DNA of 64,000 nucleotides from Octopus bimaculoides (lineage: Eukaryota): positions 165,207,899 to 165,271,898 of the forward strand of contig NC_068982.1 of assembly GCF_001194135.2 (NCBI RefSeq). The letters are read 5' to 3'. A program made the position numbers and the translations under genes. Below the pieces are notes generated by a model. The model saw nothing but the letters and a program-made list of their open reading frames with translations. It had not been told where the DNA came from and searched no databases. Shown one piece after another: positions 13,401 through 26,100 of the stretch (position 1 is the stretch's first letter; each line of letters opens with the position of its first letter).

Positions 13401-14779
13401 AGAAGAGACAGCTACTAACTACCGTAATTCATTTTGTTCTGAATGCTACTGATTCTGCCATCCAATGCCATCAAGTTGATAAATTTATAAAATAAATTTC
13501 GTTTTAGAAACTGAAATAAAATTTCAAGTTGCTGGTTTCTAAATATTCTTAAATGATTTCATCAATCTTCAAAAAATGAATATCGAACATTATTGCTTAT
13601 AAAAAAGAAGTTAATTACCCTCGCTATCATATTTAATATTCTGAATGAGATTTTGTGGTACATTTGACAGAACATTTACTGAGGTTATTAAATTGGAAGT
13701 ACTGGATGACATTAAACGCGAAAATATATACACTAGTGCATTTTGGTGCACAGTGAGTTGAATTTAAATGCACGAAATTAGTTTAAAACTTAACTTGAAT
13801 ACTTTGAGACAGAAAACAAAATATAGGAAGAACAGAAAATGTTGCTGCATCGTATTGTCATCAAATTAAAATTAAATAAAACGTTTTGTATCAGAAAAAG
13901 ATGATTTCAATAATTATTACCTCTAAATTAATTGAAATATGTAAGTTATGTCAGGAGTATAAAAGAAACGCTTCCTTTGATAATATTTATCCCTTATGCT
14001 TGATAACGTTGTATGTATCCTTCTATGAAGATTGATATGTAAATATTCATCGCTTGAAGAGACACTGGAACAATTTAACTCGAAGAGAACTTCCTTAAAG
14101 TGATGTAGAAATAAAAGCATATTTTATATATCAATGTAGTAGGGATCACAGTGGTACAATAAATATGTGTACCTTCTTTGTCAAATGAATATTAAAAACA
14201 ACTTCAATGCTATATATTCAACGTTAGAGAAGATATCGCAAAAAAACAAAAACATACTTCCTACTTGGTCTTTAGTAAAAAAAAATGATTTTAACTGCAT
14301 ACTATATCACGAAGGCCAGAATCTAATATAAAACTATTAGTTTTGGCAAGGGCTACATCTTACTGGAGAAATAAAAACGGTACCTATTACTAAATAAAAG
14401 TGTGTATTCAATCAGTAAAGAGACAGGTGAGATGTGTTATCCATAGCAACAGCTGTGATCAGACATTCGTAATTCAGTTTAACGTCATATTTAATTACTT
14501 TTCTAGATCGTGACTGAGACAGAGAGAACCAGACACAGTTCTTGAACGAAGTTAAGTTAACTCGGTATGGTATCGGTATGGTGCCATCTTTTAATCTGAG
14601 ATATATCGATGAAACTATAGTCAATATCTAGTTGGTGACAGACTAAGATTTTCTCAGATTCAACGGATTTATGTGAATATACGCACACACATATATCTGT
14701 ATGTATATAGATTTATATATATACATATGCGTGTGTGTGTTTAAGTGTAATATACATATGTTTGTGTGTGTTGATATAT

Positions 14780-14860
14780 ATATATATACACATACATTCA
14801 TACATACATACATACATACACACATACATACATACATACATACATACATACATACATAAA
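14780..14860. repeat. (TACA)n microsatellite
   Basis: Direct repeat units. Confidence 0.95.
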
Positions 14861-15333
14861 TATAGATATAATTATACGTATAATTTACTCATTCGATGGA
14901 ATAATAAATCAGTTGAAAGATCGCGTTAACAATGTCGATCGTAAACTTTGATTCGAAAGCCTGTCATATCAAATTATTAAAGGGAAGCCGTAAATTGTCG
15001 CTAGATATGCTATTAAAATTCCCCTCGAATCGCTTTGTAGCGTCTTACCACTATAAGAAATTCATGTGCTATTTAACGTAGACTGGTATACAGTTATGTC
15101 TAACAAAATTTAATCACAATCTCGCATTTGCAGTACAGTTACTAACATAGTGCTACCTTTCCCGCAAATCTTGGAGTTCTGTGAATGAAAGGAATCATGG
15201 CGAGGCATTACCAGAATTAGAGTGTAAGACACAATGCCTTCTGTCACTTGTTTCAGTTCTTCTCTTCGAAGTCAACCCTGCCTTTCATTTTTAAAGATCA
15301 ATTATATATATATTTATATATATATATATATAT

Positions 15334-15568
15334 NNNNNNNNNNNNNNNNNNNNNNNNNNNNNNNNNNNNNNNNNNNNNNNNNNNNNNNNNNNNNNNNNNN
15401 NNNNNNNNNNNNNNNNNNNNNNNNNNNNNNNNNNNNNNNNNNNNNNNNNNNNNNNNNNNNNNNNNNNNNNNNNNNNNNNNNNNNNNNNNNNNNNNNNNNN
15501 NNNNNNNNNNNNNNNNNNNNNNNNNNNNNNNNNNNNNNNNNNNNNNNNNNNNNNNNNNNNNNNNNNNN
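15334..15568. other. Assembly gap flanked by (TA)n
   Basis: N run. Confidence 1.
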
Positions 15569-15749
15569 TATATAGATATATAGATATATAACTTTGATAG
15601 GTTTCGGCCAGTATAGGCTATGCCATGTCTAACTCAATAGCACGTATATAAACAGGCATATACTGCCTTTAAAATATTATATTAATTCCCTTTTACATAA
15701 AATTGTAGGCCTTGTTTCTTATTTTGTAATATCATTAGTAGTAGCAAAA

Positions 15750-15937
15750 GGTGGCAAGCTGCCATAAACTTTAGCCCGCCAGGCAAACTGCATTTTGGCG
15801 GTCTTTAAGTTCTGAGTTTAAATTCCGCTGAAGTCGATTTTGCCTATCATCCTTTTCAGGTAGATAAGATGACTGGGGTCGATGTAATCAATTTAGTCCC
15901 TCCCCCGAAATACTGCCTTGTCCCAAAATTTGAAACT
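15750..15937 (+). mobile_element. tRNA-derived SINE (family A), old copy
   Basis: GGTGGCAAGCTG head, TTCTGAGTTTAAATTCCGCTGAAGTCGA B-box region and GGGGTCGATGTAATC core. Confidence 0.85.
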
Positions 15938-16014
15938 ACTATTCCTAGTAGTAATAAGGTTGCTGATTCGCAAAATTTCATTTATGAATAAGTCACATCA
16001 GTTATCATTTTAAC

Positions 16015-16122
16015 GCTATGCTACATCCTATATCAATCTTATATCTACTATAACTACTCTTCACGAAGAACGATTTAGACTAAATCCGTTATAGCCAACC
16101 AATGGCATTCGCCTCTGCTCCT
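16015..16122 (+). repeat. Dispersed direct repeat, copy 1 (about 108 bp)
   Basis: Aligns to 16781-16888 (shared ATCTACTATAACTAC and ACGAAGAACGATTTAGACTAAAT blocks). Confidence 0.9.
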
Positions 16123-16780
16123 TACGTATTATCCTGCGCCAGCTACATTAATTATATTTTCTACAGTCAAAGAGGACGAAGATCTTGGTTTCCTTACTTT
16201 TCTATTTTTTCTTCTCGTTCCACTTCTGCACTAATCTTCATGATTTTTTCTCCTCGATGTTTTTCTTTTCGTTTTGTCTTATGTATTCCCATAGTTCAGT
16301 GTCCTGCTTTTTGAATACATCTAACGTTATGAACTGAGCCTGAAATACATGCACATACATGGCACACCATATAAATCTGACAATTTAATGCGTCTTAAAG
16401 TATGAAACTATTAGTAACTCTTTTGTATTTGTGTATATTAAATATTTATTTCTCTCTCGATGGATTACTAGTTAGTTGATCCTACATATATTTAAACTGT
16501 AAGCCACACACACATATATACACTTTAGATCTACCTCTCTATTCGTGGTACACTCATAACTAAATAACTGAAAGTGGAAACAACTGATGATGATCGCTTA
16601 TGAACATTCTTCATGAAATACAATACAGTATCCAAGCATTTTACTTAATCACTGATCATGAAGCAATTCAGTACAAACCAAAAATCGCGGTAATGATACT
16701 GGTACATATACAGACATATTAACACTAGTAAAAAGAATGTCGGTGATATATGACTACCTAACATCGGCTATCACAAAAAT

Positions 16781-16888
16781 GCTATGCTGCTTTCTATATC
16801 GATCCTTCATCTACTATAACTACCCTTGACGAAGAACGATTTAGACTAAATACGTTCTAGCCAACTAATGACACACTCCTCTGATCCT
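16781..16888 (+). repeat. Dispersed direct repeat, copy 2
   Basis: Aligns to 16015-16122. Confidence 0.9.
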
Positions 16889-18042
16889 TCATGGCCATAG
16901 GTGAGCCGTATACATATCCTTTGTCACCCATGTGATTCTTGCTCGCATCTAGCGAAAAATATTTAAGCTATTATTTTATTCATTCATATGTTTCAGCCTT
17001 GAGATTGTGGCCATGCTGGGGCACCGCCAGTAAAATATGTATAAAATATGTTGATACTACATGAAAGTAAAGGCTTTCGCATATAACAAGAACGTTTCCA
17101 TCTATTATGACAAATACATAATCAAGTAGACCCGAGTCTTACTTCCTTCTTGACAAATTCTCGAACGATTAGAAAAGACAGAGATATAGCAAATATAACA
17201 AATTTGATTGCATTAATTTCATCGATGTAGAAAAGAAAATTGATCATTTTTATTTGGATGAAAAAATATTTCTGTATATATTTGATAACTATTAATGATA
17301 TTTATGATATTGTTATTATGAAGGAGAAATAAGTACTATTTAATTTGATAAATATACTATACTAACATTTAAATTATCCTCCCATAAGGAAAAATGGCTT
17401 CGTTAGTCAAAATAAAGATCAGACAAGAGCTTTATTAGAACTTATACGTTGATTTAGTAACGAAGCTTGCATAGAATTTTGGATAAAAACGTACGAATTT
17501 TTATTGACGAATAGAGAAATGATTGCGATATATAATGGGATACAATCGCCAGGTAAAGAAATCATAAAATTGGTATATACAAGAGGCTATAAATATTTAA
17601 CTAAAGTAGAGCTGTAAAACATGAAGGGATGTGACATAAAATAACTTCTTAGGGCTTAAACGTATGATAAATGGTACCCATAAATAGAGCTGTTAACACG
17701 TAAGCTATATTTCATTTGAAGGAATCCTAAAATGAAATAAAAAAGATAACGCTTATTTAGATAGCATCACATAAAAAACAATGACTATATACGGATTGTT
17801 ATACTCCAAAAGTGATGCTAACAGGTTCTGTCTCAAATCGGAGATAAATGCAGTTTACTTGCGAATAATGTATATAGAGTATATAACTGCTGTAACATAG
17901 CACGAAGAAAGTCAGCAATATTTTTGTGCAGAATTACACACACCACGCACGATAGAATAAATACTGATGTAAAAAGAAACATGAAACTAAACTCTATTAT
18001 AAAACGATCTGAATCGTTCCCCAACAGGGTCTATATTTTCCA

Positions 18043-18045
<3 letters not shown>

Positions 18046-18126
<81 letters not shown>

Positions 18127-18272
18127 ACACACACACACATACACAAAAGAAAGTAATGCTGCACATATCTTAGGAACTGAAGGTGAATCGGGTGGTTCAA
18201 AAACTCACATAAACCTACCAAAAGAAAGAAATAATAACAATGATGAATGTCGAATTTATCATCATCATCCTT

Positions 18273-18321
<49 letters not shown>

Positions 18322-18335
18322 CCACTACCATCATC
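18046..18335. repeat. (CA)n (18046-18143) and (CAT)n (about 18258-18335) microsatellites
   Basis: Direct repeat units; source of the poly-His/poly-Ile ORFs. Confidence 0.95.
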
Positions 18336-18389
18336 ACATCTTCGCAACGAGCATCACCAACTAATTGTCACAAGAATTTCCTCTACGCA

Positions 18390-19110
18390 TTGCATTTCGT
18401 AAGCCACTCTTCAGTATATCAGAGTGTTCGACCAGTTGGCAGTTAAATGTTCGGGCAGGGCACAATTCTTCCACTTCTTGGTTACCAGGAAGATACAGTT
18501 AGGCTTGTGACCTACCTAGATAGATGAACGTCCATAGTTTGCCTGATCTCTTGCTGCACTTAATGGTAAAATAGTTCATATCGCATTCAGTTATAACATT
18601 CAGAAAAAGCTGGTCGCTCCTGTTGGTTTACACTTCTCTTCAGTCACCTTTGCCAATTTATGCATTCATATCAAAAACTATTATAATAAAATAGTTCTGG
18701 AACCTACCTCATGATACTAACGATTTCACTGTAATATTCCTCAGCTGCTGAATCTTTCGATGTGCTTCTTGGACTATAGCAGCACGTAGTACTGATTGCA
18801 GGATTGTCGTTAAAAGTTGCAATAATTGAAGGAATGATAAGATATATAATCATCAAAGATCTGCAGGATTTCGGGCTCATTAGGGTACCCACTACGCTAA
18901 TATATGAGTTTCTCATAAATTTTGTGGCCGATCCAAAGTCAACCTTCCAGCATCTGTTGATGTCGTGTGCCATGCATGCCTCATTCTCGTGGTAAAACCT
19001 TTGTCCCTGAGTAGAGATGACATCGATTCTGCTTTCCTCTCATATAGCTGCAGTTTAATAGAGACTAAAATTTGTTGTAACCGCTTAGCAACGAACGCCG
19101 ATATGAGGGA
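18390..19110 (-). mobile_element. Apurinic endonuclease domain remnant of an RTE-type LINE
   Basis: IDVISTQGQRFYHE, VVGTLMSPK, IIATFNDNPAISTTCCYSP, FDMNA*IGK, KRSGKLWTF and LVTKKWKNC follow the APE motif order (QE, YSP, GDxNA, DYIL/W) with stops and frameshifts. Confidence 0.85.
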
Positions 19111-20097
19111 GACTCTCTTAACAGTTTTAAATCAGTAGCATACATTTCGTTCCCAACCTGAACTTGCCTTCGAGGGACGGGCTCCTTCTTGAACCGCGCA
19201 ACAAGTGATGCGGTATTCTTGGTCATTAACGTTATTAGCCATTGTGTTTTTCTGTTGTACGAAGAGATACACTTAGAGTGCCTTTCTAATGAATACTTTA
19301 TCTCATTGCCCTTGATAGTTTCCAGGTGATCCACCAAAAATAACTGTATGATAGTCCATAATAACAGTCAGTCATTATACGCACAACCATCACAACAGCT
19401 TACTGCATTCCGAAATTTATAATGAATAGTAAAGATTAAGATTAATGAAAATACAAGGACTCGGTGTAATTCATTAAGCCTTATAAAGTTTTAACATGAA
19501 AATAAATGTATGAACAGTTTTTTGAAATTTATGAGTGAATCTATAAATGTTAATAAATAATAGTCGTAGATAACATAATCACACTAACATTCTTCATTAC
19601 GCGTAAAGTACTTCAAGTCAAATATTATGCTTGCTTGCTAAAGAAATATGTAATATGTCTCGATAATTACTAAGTTTCGAGACAGATGATACAAGAGGAT
19701 AAACGTTTTAACAAATACATTTCTTAAAGCTTGTTCTACTCGTGTTGTCTTGTTTCTACTCATAATATGTATGTGTATGTTTATGTATGTGTGTGCCCGC
19801 GTGTGTGTGCGCACGTGTGTGTGTGTGTGTACGTCTGTGTGTGTTTATGTATGTAATGTTTGTATGTTTCTTTCAATATTGGAAATCGAAGGACATAAAT
19901 TTGCATACTATTATTATTCTATAGCTTCATCTACTTCAAGTTCCACCGTTAAAATTATATCACTTTTTTCGAAGTCCTTTAATTTCCAAAAATCTTAAGA
20001 TGTAAACAATATACTGTTCTCAGTTGTAAAAGCAAGGCTTTTAAAAGGAATGGATAAAATGGGAAGTGTTTCTTTGGTATTGTTGTAAAATATGTAC

Positions 20098-20314
20098 GGC
20101 GGCGAGCTGGCAAAAGCGTTAGCACGCCAGGCGAAATGTCTAACACCATTTCGTCTATCTTTACAATCTGAGTTCATATTCCACCGAGATCGACTTTGCC
20201 TTTCATCCTTACGGGATCAATAAATTAAGTACCAGTTGCGTACTGGTGTTAATCTAATCGACTGCCCCTCCCCCCAGAAAATTCGGGCCTTGTGCCTAGA
20301 GTAGAAAAGATTAT
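20098..20314 (+). mobile_element. tRNA-derived SINE (family A), near full length and best-preserved copy
   Basis: GGCGGCGAGCTGGCAAAAGCGTTAGCACGCC A-box head, TCTGAGTTCATATTCC B-box, core and GGCCTTGTGCC...ATTAT tail. Confidence 0.92.
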
Positions 20315-20329
20315 AATAAAACATGTGAA

Positions 20330-20620
20330 GGTGCATGGCTTAGTGGTTAGGGCTTTCGGCTTACGATTTTACGGCCGAGAGATTGATTCCCGGCGGCGCG
20401 TTGTGCCCTTGCGCAAACACTTTATTTCATGTTTCTCTAGTTCATTCAGCCAGCATAAATGACTAGTATTTTGTGTCACGCTACATTTCCTTGCGATCTA
20501 CGTTAAGGGCACGTCGCGTGACTTCAGAGTGCTCAGCGACTTTCACATTAATTTCCCGAGCAGACTGGTCTGCTGAATAAAACAACTGCAACCCTAGTCG
20601 TCGTAACCAACGGAGTGTCA
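20330..20620 (+). mobile_element. tRNA-derived SINE (family C)
   Basis: GGTGCATGGCTTAGTGGTTAG A box, GATTGATTCCCG B-box-like, then TTGTGCCCTTGCGCAAACACTTTATTTCA central motif; related copy at 48520-48642. Confidence 0.8.
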
Positions 20621-20807
20621 CTAGCATATATGCTGTGTTCACACTAAATAAGGGCTCCGATCCAGCGAGTAGTCTTCAACATTTTCCCGTGTACATTGCT
20701 TTTAATCCAATATGCAATATGTTATTTATATAACACCGTTAACGAAAAAGGAAAACGGCATATTTCTCTCGAAGTTACTAAGATTTATATATGTGTGCTT
20801 GCATACT

Positions 20808-21019
20808 ATTTACTTGTTTAAATCATTGGCCTGCGGCCATGCACGCGGCTGTCTCTAGAGTTATTAGTCGAACGAATCGATCGTCTGTACTGATTGTTTT
20901 CTAAAGGCTAGTTACCTATACTATCGTCTCTTTTGTTCACCCGTTAAGTGACGCGGACGTTAATAAAGCAACAGTGGTTGTAAAGCGGTGGTGGGGGACA
21001 AATACAAACGCGAGTAAGA

Positions 21020-21020
<1 letters not shown>
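20808..21020 (-). mobile_element. SINE 3' body fragment (family B)
   Basis: TTACTTGTTTAAATCATTGGCCTGCGGCCATGC...TTAGTCGAACGAATCGA...GGGGGACAAA next to (CA)n; shorter related pieces at about 16985-17028 and 23622-23713. Assignment to family B is from recall of the consensus. Confidence 0.7.
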
Positions 21021-21054
<34 letters not shown>

Positions 21055-21141
21055 CATGTATGTATATGTATACATATATTTATACACTTACATATATATA
21101 TAAATGTATTATTATATATGCACTCATCTATAAATTTAGAA

Positions 21142-21193
<52 letters not shown>

Positions 21194-21238
21194 CTTGGGT
21201 ATATATTATATATGCTTATTGTATTACATGCATGTACT

Positions 21239-21292
<54 letters not shown>

Positions 21293-21350
21293 TGTGTGTG
21301 TGTGAGTGTGTGTGTGTGTGTGTGCGTGTGTGCATGTGTGTGTATGTTTG
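21020..21350. repeat. Compound (CA)n/(TA)n/(TG)n microsatellite cluster
   Basis: Direct repeat units. Confidence 0.95.
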
Positions 21351-21478
21351 TTTCTATAAACATTTACTCAATAATTGTAAATCGGACAAAATATATATTG
21401 CCGGACTCATGGTTCACTCTCAGTCTTCTATTTGATTGTTTATTGTAAATGGCTGCACATAACTTCACTAAGTGAAGA

Positions 21479-21561
21479 GATACTGTTTACAGTGACTTCA
21501 AAGTTTCAGCCAGTCGGACTGCTTGACTGGCCGAAATTTCGAAGTCATTGTCAGCAATGTC
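21479..21561 (+). other. Imperfect inverted repeat / hairpin, candidate pri-miRNA
   Basis: 27-bp upper stem 21489-21515 / 21525-21551 with two A-C mismatches and two G-U pairs, 9-nt loop, and a further 10-bp imperfect lower stem. The hairpin is certain; the RNA function is not. Confidence 0.5.
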
Positions 21562-22683
21562 ATTCTTGAGGAATAAATTTACACTCTGCAAATTATACAG
21601 TAACCCTCAGATTTTTTATTATAAGATAAATATATACACACACACACATACATATATACACACACACACGAGTAAATAAATATATATACAGCGAGAGAGA
21701 GAGTGAGAGAGAGAGAGAGAAAGAGAGGTTGACTAATATATAGATAGATATAGATTTAGATCTATATATATTTTTCTTTTCCTTAGCTTAGAGGCCGGCG
21801 TCACATGCTTATTCCTTAACTCTATTGAACGTATTGCTTTCAACGAGACATCAATAAGAATATAAGAAAATAATATTTGATAGCAATAATTTGAAAATAT
21901 GTTTTGGTGAAGTGCTTAATAGACTGCTTTTTAAATGGAAACCAAAATAAATAGGAAAAAATGAAGTGATTTGAAAGTTTAAAGAATATGTCCATGTGTA
22001 GGTCCAGGTGTAGGTCTGTGTGTGAGAGACTTCTTGTACTAAAATTGGAAATATTTCCTCTCAAATATTTCCTTTAAGCCTATTATATTCTCTCTTACGA
22101 TATGACACAAACTGTAATTGTAATAATCATTTAAATCATAAGGTAGTGATGAAATTATAGAAGTAAACCAAAATTTTGAATACTCGGTTAGGTAAGTAGG
22201 CTCAAAGCTTAGTTAGAATTAACAAATACACGATTTGTTTCTGAATTGTTTCATTCTTATTTCCTTCCTCCGTTTTCTATGGCATTTCTTCCTAAATTCT
22301 TTGTTTCTTTCTGCATTTCTTTTTTTCATCTCTTTCTTTTCTTTTCTTTATCTTTATTTTTTTCTTTATCTTTATATTTTTTTTTACTTTCTATAGTTTC
22401 TTTATTTGTTTTTTTCTTCCATTTTCACGCCTTTCTTTCGTTCATTCTGCTACTCCCTCATTCTATCTGTATTTCTTATCTGTTTCTTTTCTTGTAAGCT
22501 TTGGTTTCTGCCAGGTTTATCTAATTTGATGTTAAAGGAAAGAAATATTCTAAACATAAGTGGTTGTAATACATAATACATGTAGAAATATTAGAATATA
22601 CAGAATGAAGCATAGATATAAAATATAAGTGTGTATTAAAACAATATGAAAGAATCTTTTTCTCTATTAGTCACTGTAATAAC

Positions 22684-22865
22684 GCAGCGAGAAGGCAGAA
22701 TCTTTAGAGCATTGAAAGAATGCTTGAAAGCTCTTTGCGTTCTGATTTCAATTCTCACTGAGGTCAGCCTAACCTTATATCCCTCTGGGGACGATAAAAT
22801 AAGATAACATTCAAGGACTGGGGTTGATATCATCGACTATCCCCTTCCTCTTAAACATTGTTTCC
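22684..22865 (+). mobile_element. tRNA-derived SINE (family A), old copy
   Basis: GCAGCGAGAAGGCAGAATC head, TTCTGATTTCAATTCTCACTGAGGTC and GACTGGGGTTGATATCATCGACTATCCCC core. Confidence 0.8.
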
Positions 22866-25800
22866 AAAACACTCTAAATGATCAATCATTCAACACAAGC
22901 GAAAATTTATTTAAATGACCTGCTAGAATGAGATTTATTACACCAGCCCGGTTGAATGTTACAGCAGTAATATGTTTTCTTGCGGGGAACCCACCTTCAA
23001 TGGAATCTTACTTCCACTGCTTTTGCACCCTGTTGATATATTTATCCTTGGTCTTGACTTAACTCACCAAACTGGAAAGTGACTAAACGACTGCAGATCT
23101 TGATATTGTGAGCGGCAATTTTATTAAAATATAACATATTCTCTACTATTTCAATTTTGGCTGCCATCGCCCGTTCACCTCTTTATTGCAATGATACGCT
23201 TACATTTACACTCCGGTGTTTCTTATTCTATTTCTCAATTCCCACGATTTATAGCTCACTGAGTTGATGTTGCACTAAGTTTCTTGTTTATTCAGAACTT
23301 CTTTACACTAATGTAGAAGAAAATTTTCTTGTATTTTGAGAAATAATGATAATATATAGCTGCGTGCACATGTTAATCTGAAACGTGGTGATGCATTATG
23401 TTGTATGTTAACAACACAAAAATGCAGTGATTCGAAGCAATAGACATTACAATTTCATATCCGTAGATCGTGACTATCGTATTCTCACTAGTGAGTGCAT
23501 ATAAGTTCATATTGAAAATTATCTGTTTGTTTTCAACTGGATAAAAATGTTCCGATTATGGTTCATAAACCTCCAAAGACGAAAAACAATATCATATCTG
23601 CAGTATATAATCATTTCTTCTTTAATTCTCTTACAGGTTTTAGTCATTGGGATAACATGCTCATGTCTCTTTTGTAGGGTTTAGTAATTTCTACTGATCC
23701 CAGTGCTTACTTTAGTATGACAACAGTAATATCTTTTGTTTGAATGAATTGTTTGAAATTCTGCACAGTGCTATGTTGATATATGACAATTGTATTTTTA
23801 TTTATTACGTTCAATCCCAGACACCTGGAAAGAAATGTTTTCTGTGTTTGGGAAAAAGTTCGTATATATGAATTGTTTGTTTGTTTACATTTTGAAGCTC
23901 AAAATATTCAAATAAAACATCTCATTTAGAAAAGGGCAAAGTCTACCATATTTCCGTTAATAAACAGTGTCATTTCGTCACGTCGAAACGTTTCACGCAG
24001 CTGATGTGAATCAACTGTAACCCTCGAACAATATCGGTCGACATATTGTAAATTATTGGATACGTTTACAATTTTCTTGCAGTGGATTTTGTTTTAATAT
24101 CATTCACGTGTTTGATTGTATTGTTGAAAACACTCATTCTTCAATCAAAATATCAGTGTTCGGATCCGTTTATTCTATTCTGCTTACTTGTGTGCCTGGT
24201 AAAGATTTTGGACATGACTTCGTTGTGATTGTTCATGTGATAGGAGTTCTCATTGATTATAAAGGACAGATGCATAAGTAGGTAGTTATAGTTTAATATG
24301 GTCCTTCCCGTCTTTCCATTATCAAATATCTTGCAATGTCTTTTTCTCGGGGAAGGAATGCACTATTTTGTACTGCAAATGCATAGTTTCCTTTTAGTAT
24401 TTAAATAAAAACAACATAAAACTTAAACTCGTTATGAGGAATATCGTAAGTATTGAACAGAGATATGATTCTAAGTAAATACGAAAACAATAAGCAAGTA
24501 TCTATCGGCATGTTAGGGCTTGCCGCGCGAACATCAAATGAAAGAGAAAGAATACATCACTGGTATACCAACTACGGACACATGAAAATACCAACAGCAG
24601 CTATCAAAAAGTGAATTTCAATACCGGTTCTAGGAGCAAATTCATTATTGAATAAATAAATTCATTATTTATGTTGTACTTTTTGGTTTGTAAACACAAC
24701 TTTCACATTTCATATAAAATGTGTATGTATGTAAGTGAATTAGTGCCTGTGTGTGTATTTAATGTTATACAAGAGAAATATTGACAACTTACTTTAATGA
24801 AGAGCAAAATATTGTTTATTTATAGGTATAACACAACTACTTATATAAAAACTGCTCTTAGTTTCCTATGAGAAGCATACCACAAGCGCGTCTATAAAAA
24901 AAATCTTTCATTCAAAAGGTAGGGCTAAGTAACATGAATTATTCAAGTTTACTATTTGTGGAGTTTTGATAGAGACGAAACCTTGTGCAATTCGTCTTTG
25001 ATAGGCAATGAGCGGTCCTGGTGGAGTAATTCTGTTAACTGCTTAGTTACAGCCACAAACTGAAGATGTGATACGTGAAATCAGAATGACTAAATCTGAA
25101 GTTCTGGTTGTTACAATCACAAATAAACTCTCCTTTATTATTGAGTATTATCTGTACATACCTAATCTAAAGTACATTTGCAGCAAACCCTTGTGGTGGA
25201 ACACCAACAAAAGACAAACGTGAATAGTGAAACATAAATAGGTATCCTTCGGATTTCTCCGCTAAAATTATTTGCTTACCTTCAGGGAAATACACAAAAA
25301 AGAATAAACATAAAAAATATGGAGACAAGCTTCAGTTACGTGTAGTAATTTTTGTTAATGTAAAATGAGACACAGCTAAACATAACAACATTGGATTCAA
25401 ATGACAAAAAAAAAAAAAACGTCTGCCAACATGTAGTGTATATACAATTTTTAGAACGGAATAGTGAAATGAGAATAATTAGATGTGAGGGGTAAAATGT
25501 TACAAAAATAAATGTCACTCTGTAGAATTGAGTAGATACACGTTTGTTGTCTGTACTTGCACACTCAAATGCACATCAGTCTTCACACATACATAAATAC
25601 ATACACAATGGCAACTACACACACACTCATGTTATTTTGAAAATAACAACATATATATATATATATATATACAGAGAGAGACGGAGAGACAGAGAGATAT
25701 AAACGTGTCCAAATGAGTATATCTATGGCTATATAGATTCATATATCTACTTGTTTAAATAATCCTACACTCAAACACGCACACACACATCTATTTNNNN

Positions 25801-26032
25801 NNNNNNATAGATAGATAGATAGATACATAGATAGATAGATAATTCACATTTCTGTATATACACGCATAATTGAATAACAATGTACCTGATTCGAATCCCA
25901 AAAGTAATTGGTATATTATTTTCAACACAAAAGAAAATATTGCGACTACTTGGGCTTTGCATAGCAGTTCCAAACTTCTCCCAACGGGTTTCCCATCTCT
26001 ATAATTACATCTTTTTATTATTAGATTTTTAG

Positions 26033-26092
<60 letters not shown>

Positions 26093-26100
26093 GTTATTAT
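26033..26100. repeat. (TAT)n microsatellite
   Basis: Direct repeat units. Confidence 0.95.

Noticed and set aside
17370-17620. About 80-codon frame with a single stop (LNYPPIRK...YLTKVEL), including an AG...GT exon option 17458-17552
   Set aside because: No recognisable motif; a rough estimate says several such stretches arise by chance in 64 kb, and the acceptor is weak.
17924-18446. Poly-His / poly-Asp / poly-Ile ORFs
   Set aside because: All frames of (CA)n and (CAT)n arrays; no flanking coding signal.
20098-20420. tRNA genes at SINE heads, and GATTCGAATCC B-box-like strings near 25890 and 38727
   Set aside because: No cloverleaf can be folded; the heads continue into SINE bodies and the isolated B boxes have no A box.
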